This document shows positions 9,269 to 18,106 of a stretch of DNA of 64,000 nucleotides, piece by piece. The notes beneath the pieces are model-generated. The model worked only from the letters and a program-made list of their open reading frames with translations. It did no database searches and was not told the origin of the DNA. The position numbers and the translations under genes were made by a program. Every line of letters starts with the position of its first letter. Position 1 is the first letter of the stretch. The stretch comes from Candidatus Pyrohabitans jungbluthii (GTDB lineage Archaea > Hydrothermarchaeota > Hydrothermarchaeia > Hydrothermarchaeales > BMS3B), in assembly GCA_002010065.2 (NCBI GenBank), contig MTMD02000008.1:320001-384000 (forward strand), in the 5' to 3' direction.

Positions 9269-10496
9269 ATGCTGATTTTCTTCTGTGCAGTTCCTCCGCC
9301 AGCATGGGCAAAAACACACCTATGTCGGTGACCACACCCAATGCTTGAGCGGTACCTCGGTCTGTGAGCTTTGTTACCGTCGCGGGGTTTATGTCCACGC
9401 ATATCGTTTTGACACTGCTGGGCAATATGTTGCCCACAGCTATGCTGTGCAGCATTGTGCACATCATAAGCACCAAGCCTACGCCTCGAAGATGGCGGCG
9501 CATCTCGCGCTGAGCCTCAAGCACATCTGTAATCACCTCAGGTAAGGGTCCGTCGTCGCGTATGGAGCCAGCGAGCACATAGGGTATGCCGCGGCGAATC
9601 ACCTCGTACATTATTCCAGCCTTAAGCTTACCCTGCTTAACAAGCTCCGCTATGCCACCAGCCTTCATAACCTCATTTATCGCGTAGAGGTGGTGGCGGT
9701 GACCGCCTTCAGCAGGCCTCCCTGTCTTGATGTTTACTCCCAGAGAGGTGCCGAAGAGCTGAGCTTCGATGTCATGCACCGCTAAGGCGTTGCCAGCGTA
9801 GAGCACGTCTATGTAGCCCTCGCGTATCATCCTCGCCAAAGCTGGCGCTGCACTCGTATGAACTACCGCAGGCCCGACAACAGCCAAAACCTTCTTGCCC
9901 GAGCGCTTCACCTCGAGTATTGCCTCGGCGATCTGTCTGATCAACGGCTCCGCAGGCTTTTCACTGCTCACGCGGCTGCGCATGAACTCAAATACAGAAA
10001 AGCCCCGCGGCCTCTCCGGAGGCTCAATGCGAATTCCGCTCTGCCCTACAACGACGAGGTCCCCCTTCTTAATCTCGCCTATGGGCTTGCAGTAAGCGCG
10101 CTTCTTCTCTGGTTCAACCACAATTGCTGTGTCCATCTCAATGTCCTCTACCTCAACCCACTCGCCATCAAGGAGCACGTAGGTGGGGTGGTTGGTGGTG
10201 GAGTAAAAGCCATCGGGAAGAGTCCTGTCTTTTGGCGCGGGCTTTAACCTCAGCTCCTCAACTTCAGGAACTCTCGCTCCAACCTTTCGCAGCTCCCCCA
10301 GAATTTCATCAAGTTGCTCCCTTGTCTTCGCCTTTACCAGTATTCTGGCATAGCTGGGGTCGGTTTTGTGCTTTCCTATGTCGAACTGGAGCACCTCAAA
10401 GTCGCCGCCCATGTCCATTATGGTGTCAAAAACCTTTGGGAGAATGAAAGAGTCAATTATATGCCCTTTAAGCTCAATCTCTCGCACTGCCACCAT
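9267..10496 (-). CDS. TIGR00300 family protein (archaeal ornithine cyclodeaminase-like)
   Basis: [40 protein letters not shown] and [10 protein letters not shown] motifs. Confidence 0.9.
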   Translation of the reverse strand: MVAVREIELKGHIIDSFILPKVFDTIMDMGGDFEVLQFDIGKHKTDPSYARILVKAKTREQLDEILGELRKVGARVPEVEELRLKPAPKDRTLPDGFYSTTNHPTYVLLDGEWVEVEDIEMDTAIVVEPEKKRAYCKPIGEIKKGDLVVVGQSGIRIEPPERPRGFSVFEFMRSRVSSEKPAEPLIRQIAEAILEVKRSGKKVLAVVGPAVVHTSAAPALARMIREGYIDVLYAGNALAVHDIEAQLFGTSLGVNIKTGRPAEGGHRHHLYAINEVMKAGGIAELVKQGKLKAGIMYEVIRRGIPYVLAGSIRDDGPLPEVITDVLEAQREMRRHLRGVGLVLMMCTMLHSIAVGNILPSSVKTICVDINPATVTKLTDRGTAQALGVVTDIGVFLPMLAEELHRRKSA

Positions 10497-10546
10497 ACTA
10501 CCACGCTAGAGGAGTATATATACCAGACTATTAATAACTTTTCTCT

Positions 10547-11311
10547 ATGCGTGCCCTCATCAACCTGAAGCTTACCATGGAAAGTGGCCAGCCGCCTGAG
10601 TTTCTCTGGAATAAAGAGGGCGAAAGATACTGGCGGGAGCTTGGCGATGGTCGTTGTTGCTACCTGTGGCAGCGGAATGAGGAGCTATTATACCAGGGTT
10701 GCACCGAGAGTTATGTACGTGAGTTTCTCAGGCTGGATGACAACCTTGAGGAGATTTACGCGGTTATCTCAGCCGAAGACGAGGTTATGACGCGAGCTAT
10801 TGAGCGCTTCCGCGGGTTAAGAATAACAAAGAATGACCCGTGGGAGACCCTCGTAGCCTTCATCTGCTCCATAAACAACAACATCCCGCGAATAAGGAAG
10901 AATGTGCAGTGCCTTCTCAGCGGGGGCTGTGTATTGCCTCCGGAGCAGCTTGCCGCAGCAGACTTGACCAAAGCAAAGCTGGGCTTCAGGGAGAGATACC
11001 TTAAAGCCACCGCAGCGAGAGTCGCTAACATGGACTTCAAAGCTCTTGGAAAGCTGAGCTACACCGAAGCCAAGCAGGAGCTTATGAAGCTCCAGGGTGT
11101 TGGGGAGAAGGTTGCTGACTGCGTGCTCCTCTTTGGCTTCGGCTACCTTGAGGCTTTTCCTGTGGATGTGTGGATAGCCCGTGCTATGCGTGCATATTAT
11201 GGCATCGATAAAATTAAGGAGATGCGCCACTTTGCCCGCGAGAGGTGGCACCCCTACGAGGGCTACGCCCAGCAGTACCTCTACATGCTGGTGAGGGAGG
11301 AGAAGCCGTGA
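10547..11311 (+). CDS. ogg: 8-oxoguanine DNA glycosylase (HhH-GPD family)
   Basis: DPWETLVAFICSINNNIPRI, HhH motif LQGVGEKVADCVLLF, FPVDVWI, GYAQQYLY. Confidence 0.9.
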   Translation: MRALINLKLTMESGQPPEFLWNKEGERYWRELGDGRCCYLWQRNEELLYQGCTESYVREFLRLDDNLEEIYAVISAEDEVMTRAIERFRGLRITKNDPWETLVAFICSINNNIPRIRKNVQCLLSGGCVLPPEQLAAADLTKAKLGFRERYLKATAARVANMDFKALGKLSYTEAKQELMKLQGVGEKVADCVLLFGFGYLEAFPVDVWIARAMRAYYGIDKIKEMRHFARERWHPYEGYAQQYLYMLVREEKP

Positions 11312-11317
11312 GGGTAA

Positions 11318-12979
11318 CTACAACCTCCCGCTCCTCAGAATGCTGAGCAGGAGCACTGTGCCCAGAACGCTGGCGAACAGAAAGCCAAGGATGCCAAAGA
11401 CCGGGTATCCCAGGAAGCTTGGCCCCTTATCTGTCTGCATTATAAGCGCCGAGCCTACAACTATAGCTGAGGTTATGAGCGCGAAGGAGATGCGGTTGCT
11501 CATCACCTCAAGCTCATATATCAGCTCGCTGAAGCCGCGGTGCTGCAGGGTGAGCTTGCCCTCCTCCGCGCGCCTCAGCACCGCCTCGGTAGCCGTGGGA
11601 ATCCTCCTCAGCGCCTGTACCAGAGATGAAAGCTCGCGAATAAAATCTCTGGCAAGGCGGCGTGGAGCTAGGCGCTGGCGTATCATCTCCTTTACGAAGG
11701 GCTTGGCGGCAATGGTGAAGTTGAACTCAGGGTTCAGCGTTCTGGCAACGCCCTCTATTGTAACCATGCTTTTGATTAGGAAGGCGAAGTTAGGGGGCAT
11801 CATTACGCGATGCTTTAGCGCAATCTCCAGCATCTCGTTGAGCAGGGCAGCGACGTTCACCTGGCTAAGCTTGGTGTCGTAGTACTCAAGGATTAAGTCT
11901 TCAATATCACTGCGGAACTCACTCAAATCGCTCTCCGGCGTTACTACCCCTATGCGCAGAAGCTGCTCCACAACGCGCTCAACATCCTTATCAACCAGCG
12001 CTATCGCTAGGTCAGCGAGCTTGTCGCGCAGCTCGCTCTCTATGCGCGCCACCATTCCAAAGTCCACCATGGCTATGCGCTCGCCTTCAAGCACCAGCAG
12101 GTTGCCCGGGTGAGGGTCTGCCTGGAAAAGCCCATCCACAAAAAACTGCTTCATGAACGCCTGGGCGAGCCTCTCAGCGAGCAGCTCAAGGTCGTAGCCC
12201 CTGTTTTTGAGCTCCTCAACTTTGCTTATCTTCACCCCCTCAATATACTCCATGCATAGCACCCGCTTTGTGGTGTACTCCCAGTATATCTTTGGTATCT
12301 TTATGTAGTCTATGTCAGAGAAGTTCTTTGCAAAGCGCTCCGCATTTCTCCCTTCCCGCATGAAATCCAGCTCACGGCGAATAGTCTTGGCAAACTCGTT
12401 AACTATGCCAACGAGGTTGTAGCGCCTTGCCTCGCGCACACGAGCTTCAACCAGCGATGCAAGCTGGTACAGCAGGGAGATGTCTGATTCGATAGTCTTT
12501 GCTATATTCGGGCGCTGCACCTTGACAACGACGCTCTCCCCGCTCTTGAGCTTCGCCCTGTGAACCTGCGCCAGTGAGGCGCTGGCTATGGGCTTGCGCT
12601 CAAAGTAAGCAAAAACCTCCTCTAAGCTCTTACCAAGCTCCTGCTCCACTACACCCTTTACTTCATCGAAGCTCAACGGCAGCGCTTCATCCTGAAGCTT
12701 GCTCAGCTCGTCGATATACTCCTTGGGTATTAAGTCTGGGCGAGTGCTCAGAATCTGCCCTAGCTTTATGTAGGTAGCGCCCAGCTCCTCCAGGATAAGG
12801 CGCACCTTCTCAGGCGTTGTAAGCCCCTCTATCTCCTCCGGGAAGAGCCTTCTCTTAAAGGGTATGTAGGAGTAGAGACCAGCGCGTTTTAGTACAATAT
12901 CGAAGCCATACTTGCTGACAACACCTACTATCTCACGCAGCCTGGCTACGTTGCCTATACCTCGCCTTCTGTGTAGCAT
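11318..12979 (-). CDS. AarF/UbiB/ABC1 family atypical kinase
   Basis: YIKLGQILSTRPD, ASASLAQVHRA, VVKVQRP, FQADPHPGN, DFGM. Confidence 0.95.
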   Translation of the reverse strand: MLHRRRGIGNVARLREIVGVVSKYGFDIVLKRAGLYSYIPFKRRLFPEEIEGLTTPEKVRLILEELGATYIKLGQILSTRPDLIPKEYIDELSKLQDEALPLSFDEVKGVVEQELGKSLEEVFAYFERKPIASASLAQVHRAKLKSGESVVVKVQRPNIAKTIESDISLLYQLASLVEARVREARRYNLVGIVNEFAKTIRRELDFMREGRNAERFAKNFSDIDYIKIPKIYWEYTTKRVLCMEYIEGVKISKVEELKNRGYDLELLAERLAQAFMKQFFVDGLFQADPHPGNLLVLEGERIAMVDFGMVARIESELRDKLADLAIALVDKDVERVVEQLLRIGVVTPESDLSEFRSDIEDLILEYYDTKLSQVNVAALLNEMLEIALKHRVMMPPNFAFLIKSMVTIEGVARTLNPEFNFTIAAKPFVKEMIRQRLAPRRLARDFIRELSSLVQALRRIPTATEAVLRRAEEGKLTLQHRGFSELIYELEVMSNRISFALITSAIVVGSALIMQTDKGPSFLGYPVFGILGFLFASVLGTVLLLSILRSGRL

Positions 12980-12980
12980 A

Positions 12981-13292
12981 CTACTTCTCGCCAGCCAGCT
13001 TGGCAATGGTGCGCTCGAGCTTTTCTATCTTCTTGCTCAGCTTTTCCACGTCCTTCTTGGAGGCGACACCTGTTTTAGCTAAAGCCTTCTCAACCTCCTC
13101 CGCGACTCTCTTCTGAAGCTCCTTCTTCTGCTTCTCCCGCTCAGCGAGAAGCTCTCTCACGAGGGCCTTGCCCTCCTCCCTGCTCAGCTCCCCCTTCTTC
13201 TCAAGCTCCGCCACAAACTCGCGGAGTTTCTCCTCTGTTATGGCAGCAAGACCTATTCCCAGAAGTAGAGCTTTCTTTATCAAATCCTTCAC
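12981..13292 (-). CDS. phasin-like (PhaF/PhaI-type) helical protein
   Basis: KKALLLGIGL...KKGELSREEGK...ASKKDVEKL pattern; typical partner upstream of UbiB kinase. Confidence 0.8.
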   Translation of the reverse strand: MKDLIKKALLLGIGLAAITEEKLREFVAELEKKGELSREEGKALVRELLAEREKQKKELQKRVAEEVEKALAKTGVASKKDVEKLSKKIEKLERTIAKLAGEK

Positions 13293-13347
13293 ACCAAATC
13301 CCTCCTAGTGTAATATGGGCACGGAGGATAAAAAAGTTTGTCATGAT

Positions 13348-13382
13348 AGGAACTTCGTTACCCTATCGCCTATCGGCGAGAC
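13348..13382. repeat. isolated variant copy of the double-hairpin repeat
   Basis: AGGAACTTCGTTACCC-TA-TCGCC-TATC-GGCGA-GAC; same architecture as the 14063-14176 units, with an altered but still paired second stem. Confidence 0.7.
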
Positions 13383-13412
13383 CTCCTGCTACCATAGATT
13401 CAAGTTTGAATG

Positions 13413-13634
13413 TCAGGAGATCAGGCAGTAGTGGTTCACCCCGTTTATCTTAACCTTTCGCAGGTACCTGTAGAGCATGTGGTAGTAGATGAACATCTTT
13501 ATGTGCCCTTCGTTAACTTTATACCCTCTCTCCGCCAGCCTCTCTGCTATTGTGCGCCCATCCACCACTTCACCAGGCTTAATGACCTCTAAAATCGCCC
13601 TAACCTTATTCGCGGTGTTCCCGAACTTCCTCAC
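13413..13634 (-). CDS. small basic winged-helix protein
   Basis: RAILEVI...DGRTIAERLAERGYKVNE helix pattern plus a beta-wing; GGAGGTG SD. Confidence 0.65.
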   Translation of the reverse strand: MRKFGNTANKVRAILEVIKPGEVVDGRTIAERLAERGYKVNEGHIKMFIYYHMLYRYLRKVKINGVNHYCLIS

Positions 13635-13728
13635 CTTTCATCACCTCCTTCAGGTATAAGTCGAGGGCTACCCCGAGAGCAATGCTTGCCCCGGCGAAGA
13701 GCGCAGTTATGATTATGTCCATTCTCAT
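13606..13728 (-). CDS. 40-aa single-TM microprotein (not in ORF track)
   Basis: MRMDIIITALFAGASIALGVALDLYLKEVMKGEEVREHRE; GGTGA SD (fits the second ATG at 13722); overlaps the start of the wHTH gene. Confidence 0.55.
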   Translation of the reverse strand: MRMDIIITALFAGASIALGVALDLYLKEVMKGEEVREHRE

Positions 13729-14062
13729 CACCTTTTGATAAAATATAGTAGTACCCATAATATTTATTATTTTTCCAGCAATAATGGATGTTTTAATAAT
13801 AATTGGCGTTTAATTGGTCGCTTTAATGTTCACAAATGTTTATATTCGTGTATTATTGTAAAACAAGCCAATACCTCTTTTTGCGCTTTAGTCCACATCT
13901 ACGAAATATAAAAATTCATGGCCGTTATGTTTCGAAAAGTTTCTCTGTGGTCATTTCCATAATATATGCCAGATTTATTGGCATTTGGTCAAATCATGGT
14001 AATCAATGCGTCATTACACAGCTACCTCGCCAAAATCGTAGGTATTTTGGCTACTTCATTCC

Positions 14063-14176
14063 AGGTACTTCGTCACCCTATCGTGCTTCGCACGAAACGG
14101 GTAACTTCGTCACACCGGAAGCTTCGCGAGACGGGTAACTTCGTCACCCTATCGTGCTTCGCACGAGACGGGTAAC
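14063..14176. repeat. tandem array (~3.2 units) of a 37-bp double-hairpin repeat
   Basis: Unit GGGTAAC-TTC-GTCACCC-TA-TCGTGC-TTC-GCACGA-GAC at 14063, 14099 (degenerate), 14133, and partial at 14170. Confidence 0.9.
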
Positions 14177-14216
14177 CCCCAGTAAAAAATTTATTCCCCG
14201 CCAGCCTGGTTATACC

Positions 14217-15143
14217 ATGGACATCGTTGCGATAGGGCATGCCAGCGTCGACTTGGTTAGAATCTCCGGCAAGGAGAAGAATCAGCTTGGTGGAGCAGCG
14301 GTTTACTCCGCGCTTGCAGCTAAAATCTTTTCTCGCGCTGGCGTTGTAACCCGCGTTGGTACCGACTTTCCCGGTGAGTTTTATTCCCTGCTCAGAAAGG
14401 CAGGAGTTGACACCTCTGGAATAAAGCAGGTTCAGGGAAAAAGCACAAGCTTTGAGATTGAGTACGACGATAATGGGCAGGCGCACTACAAAAGCTACAA
14501 TCTCGGAGTGGGCATACACATTCGCCCCAAGGACATACCCAGGAGCTACCTCACCGCCAAGGCATTTCACATCGCTCCTATGGCTGCGAGCAAGCAGCAC
14601 TCGTTTGTCAGCTACCTCAGGGAGCACACTTACAGCTTAATTTCCCTCAACACCCATGTGGCGTACTTCCAGAGGTATAAAAAGGAGCTTCTCGACCTCA
14701 TAGGTGAGGTAGATATATTTACGATAAACGACGACGAAGCTATGCGCTTAACCGGTACGCGCAGCCTTGAACACGCGATAAACGCCCTGAAAAAGCTCAA
14801 GCACAGCATTATCGTCGTGACGATGGGGGTTTACGGCAGCATAATACTCGAGCACGGAGAGGTCAGCTTCTCGCCTTCAGTGATTCAGCGGCGCATCGTG
14901 GATTTAACTGGCTGCGGCGATGCCTTTGCCGGCTCATTTCTGGCGAGCTACCTCAAGACAGAGAACGCCGTGAAGGCTGCGAACATCGCAAATAGCGTCG
15001 CTGCGATAAACGCCAGCGACTGGAATTTCAGGGCACTCGCCAGGCTCTCCTTCCCCAGTTTAGAGGCATTTCAGGAGTTCGTCGTGGCGAGGCAGCGCAG
15101 GCTGAGCAAAAATCAGCGCAGCTTGGAGCACTTTCTGGGATAG
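14217..15143 (+). CDS. PfkB/ribokinase family kinase
   Basis: LGGAAVYSA and DLTGCGDAFAG signatures; start at MDIVAIG. Confidence 0.92.
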   Translation: MDIVAIGHASVDLVRISGKEKNQLGGAAVYSALAAKIFSRAGVVTRVGTDFPGEFYSLLRKAGVDTSGIKQVQGKSTSFEIEYDDNGQAHYKSYNLGVGIHIRPKDIPRSYLTAKAFHIAPMAASKQHSFVSYLREHTYSLISLNTHVAYFQRYKKELLDLIGEVDIFTINDDEAMRLTGTRSLEHAINALKKLKHSIIVVTMGVYGSIILEHGEVSFSPSVIQRRIVDLTGCGDAFAGSFLASYLKTENAVKAANIANSVAAINASDWNFRALARLSFPSLEAFQEFVVARQRRLSKNQRSLEHFLG

Positions 15144-17417
15144 CTATCTCCCCTCTTCTATCCGCTTTGCCGCTATGTAGCACTGCCCCAAGGCGATGCC
15201 TCCATCTCCCGGCGGGACTACGCGATGCTGTACAAGCGTAAATCCTTCTCTCTCCACCACCTTCTTTATCCTTCTCACAATCGCGTCGTTGTAGGCAACG
15301 CCTCCGGTAACGCCTATCTTCTCCACGCCCTGCCGCTCAGCAGCAGCCACAGCAAGCATGGCAATACCCTCAGCGAGCGCTGCTTGAGCGCTTGCGGCTA
15401 TATCCTCTCGTCGCTCGCCTTCGCGCAGGTACTCCAAGGCTTTTGCAACGACGCCGCTTGTGTTGAGAACCTCGGAGCCACCTTCTCTCTTTATCTCCAC
15501 AGGCATCTCCAGCTCAGCCTTGCCCTTCACAGCAAACGCTTCCAGCTTAATCGCCGGCTCGCCCTCATAGGTTCTCTTTCTGCAAACCCCAAGAAGCGCA
15601 GCTATTGCATCGAGCACCCTGCCCATACTTGAGGTCTCCACAACGTTAAAGCCCCGCTCAAGCTGTCTCACCACAACATTAGCCTCGCCCTCGCGCATCC
15701 CCAGGCTTGAAAGAAGCCCGATAAGCTCCTCTCTGGAGTAACGGGGGTGTAACATGCCCGCGAGCATGCGCAGAGGATAGCGAGTTGCTAGGTCTCCACC
15801 TGGAGCGGGGTTGTACTCCAGATGTGCCTCCCTGGAAAATTCATATCCTGAGCAGTAGAGCACCTCACCCCCCCAGGCACTGCCATCTTCGCCATAACCA
15901 AAGCCGTCTATAGCGATGCCCACAAGCTCCTCCTCGCCACTCTCAGCCATAAGCGCAGCGATATGAGCGTGGTGATGCTGCACCTGCATTATCTCGCAAC
16001 CATAGAGCGAGGCGAGCTCCTCCGCAAGCTTAGAGGTGGCAAACTCCGGGTGAAGGTCACGAGCTATGCAGGCGAGTTCGTCCACCCTATTTAGCTCCAT
16101 AAGGGTGGAGCACGCCTGCCTGAGAAACTCAAGCGTTGGGAGCTTCTTTGTATCGCCGATGTACTGGGTAAGAAAGGCACGTTTGCCGGAGAGCACGCAG
16201 CCGGCGACATTCTCCTCGGCGCCAAGAGCGATAATTGCACCTTCAAATTCTATATTAAGCTCTATGGGTAGAGGAACGTATCCCCGGGAGCGGCGCAAAT
16301 ATGCGGTGCTACCCGCCACCAGCTTGAGCACGCTGTCGTCAATGCGATTGCGAATCCTGCGATTGTGCACCAGAGAGTAGTCTTGGTAGCCGAGGCTCAG
16401 CACATCCTCACGGGTAATCGCCATTGGCTCTCCCGGCACATTGGCGGAGGTCATAATAAAAGCTGGCTCCTTCGAATAGTGGAAGAGGAGGTGGTGTACC
16501 CCCGTATAGGGAAGCATAATCCCCACATTGCTGAGCCCTGGTGCCACAAGTGGTGAAAGAGGCGAATCCTCACGCCTGCGCAGGAGTACTATTGGGCGCT
16601 GGGCACTGAGAAGGAGCTTCTCCTCCACCTCGCTAATGTGGGCAAATAGCCTCGCCGCCTCTATATCGCGTGCCATTATTGCAAAGGGCTTCTCAGGCCT
16701 GCGCGAAGTTCTGCGGAGCCTCTCTATCGGCTCGTCCTCCGTAACCTTCGCCGCTAAGTGAGTGCCTCCCAAGCCCATTATCGCCACTATATACCCTTCA
16801 TCAAGAAGCCTGGCAGCCTCACGTATGACATCGCTAACCTCAACCCTATTTTCGCCCTCATAAAGCTCATAGCTGGGGCCGCATTTCGGGCAGGCTATGG
16901 GTTCAGCATGAAAGCGCCTGTCTTCTGGATTACGGTATTCCCGGGCGCACGCATCGCACATGCTAAAGTCGCGCATCGTCGTGTTCTCCCTGTCGTAGGG
17001 CAGAGCCTCAATAATCGCAAACCTGGGACCGCAGTCTGTGCACACTGTGAAGGGGTACATGTAGCGCCTATCGCCGGGGTCGAACATCTCCTTTAAGCAA
17101 GCGTCGCAAATCGCAACATCCGGCGGTATTACGGAGCCCTCGCCACCCTCCTGCGAGCTTTCAAGCACCAGAAAATCATCATAGTGATCCTTATCGCCTG
17201 CCGGAAGCTCCTCTATGGAATGAATCTCCGCCAGGGGTGGAAGCTCCTCTCGAAGGCGATTGATAAAGCGCGCCACATCGCCAATCGCAAGAATCTCAAC
17301 GCTGTTTCCACGGTTGCGAACGTAGCCACGGATTCCCAGACGCTTGGCTATGCGGTAAACGAAGGGTCTGAAGCCCACGCCCTGCACAACGCCACGGATA
17401 AGAAGGCGCTTCTTCAT
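15144..17417 (-). CDS. hypF: hydrogenase maturation carbamoyltransferase HypF
   Basis: GVVQGVGFRPF acylphosphatase domain, CxxC zinc fingers, QHHHAH, PPGDGGIALGQ. Confidence 0.97.
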   Translation of the reverse strand: MKKRLLIRGVVQGVGFRPFVYRIAKRLGIRGYVRNRGNSVEILAIGDVARFINRLREELPPLAEIHSIEELPAGDKDHYDDFLVLESSQEGGEGSVIPPDVAICDACLKEMFDPGDRRYMYPFTVCTDCGPRFAIIEALPYDRENTTMRDFSMCDACAREYRNPEDRRFHAEPIACPKCGPSYELYEGENRVEVSDVIREAARLLDEGYIVAIMGLGGTHLAAKVTEDEPIERLRRTSRRPEKPFAIMARDIEAARLFAHISEVEEKLLLSAQRPIVLLRRREDSPLSPLVAPGLSNVGIMLPYTGVHHLLFHYSKEPAFIMTSANVPGEPMAITREDVLSLGYQDYSLVHNRRIRNRIDDSVLKLVAGSTAYLRRSRGYVPLPIELNIEFEGAIIALGAEENVAGCVLSGKRAFLTQYIGDTKKLPTLEFLRQACSTLMELNRVDELACIARDLHPEFATSKLAEELASLYGCEIMQVQHHHAHIAALMAESGEEELVGIAIDGFGYGEDGSAWGGEVLYCSGYEFSREAHLEYNPAPGGDLATRYPLRMLAGMLHPRYSREELIGLLSSLGMREGEANVVVRQLERGFNVVETSSMGRVLDAIAALLGVCRKRTYEGEPAIKLEAFAVKGKAELEMPVEIKREGGSEVLNTSGVVAKALEYLREGERREDIAASAQAALAEGIAMLAVAAAERQGVEKIGVTGGVAYNDAIVRRIKKVVEREGFTLVQHRVVPPGDGGIALGQCYIAAKRIEEGR

Positions 17418-17456
17418 TGGTAAGAGTATTGGCGGCGTTGCTTAAAGGCTTTGCCT

Positions 17457-18062
17457 CTATTTTTCCTGCTTCCTGCCTTTCATAAAGGCATAGGTGTAGA
17501 AGATTCGCTCCAGCGCTGTGGAGTGGGAAAGCAATGCAACGAATGCCAGCGCGTAATATAGTGCACGTTCTGCTTCCATAAAGCCAGCAAGGCTAGCGGC
17601 AAGGGCGACGATAATTATTATAAGCCTCTCGGCGCGCTCCCCTAAACCAACGTCGCAGCGCGGAATGAAGAGCTCCGCCCTTGCACGAGTATAGCTCACC
17701 ATGAAGCTGCCGAGAAGCGCGAGGAAGGCGAGCAGGTAGTGGCTCTCGAGATACAGCGCAATACCAATTATAACCGCAGCATCTGCATACCTGTCCAGGG
17801 TCGCGTCGAAAAAGGCGCCGAAGTCGCTAACGCGTTGCGTTAACCTCGCAACAGCGCCGTCAATGACATCGAAGAAGCCTGTGAGCAGAAGAAGTACAAA
17901 GGCAAGGTCGAGACGCTTGGCTGCAAGGGCAAAGGCAGTGGCAACGCTTGCAAGCAAACCAAAGATAGTTAGAAGATTGGGTGCTATACCAAGCGCTGCG
18001 AATAGCCTGGCGATTGGTACGATGAAGATATTTGCAGTGCTTCTAAAACGGGCGCTCAGCAT
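17457..18062 (-). CDS. CDP-alcohol phosphatidyltransferase (archaetidylinositol-phosphate synthase-like)
   Basis: PNLLT, DVIDGAVAR...GAFFDATLDR and SYTRARAE motifs. Confidence 0.92.
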   Translation of the reverse strand: MLSARFRSTANIFIVPIARLFAALGIAPNLLTIFGLLASVATAFALAAKRLDLAFVLLLLTGFFDVIDGAVARLTQRVSDFGAFFDATLDRYADAAVIIGIALYLESHYLLAFLALLGSFMVSYTRARAELFIPRCDVGLGERAERLIIIIVALAASLAGFMEAERALYYALAFVALLSHSTALERIFYTYAFMKGRKQEK

Positions 18063-18106
18063 GCTTGGATTTAAAACCTTTACTCGTTAAAATACTTATC
18101 GCGGAT

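Noticed and set aside
14063-14176. CRISPR mini-array
   Set aside because: Units are contiguous, the would-be spacers are only 14-17 nt and repeated, and no cas genes are in the window
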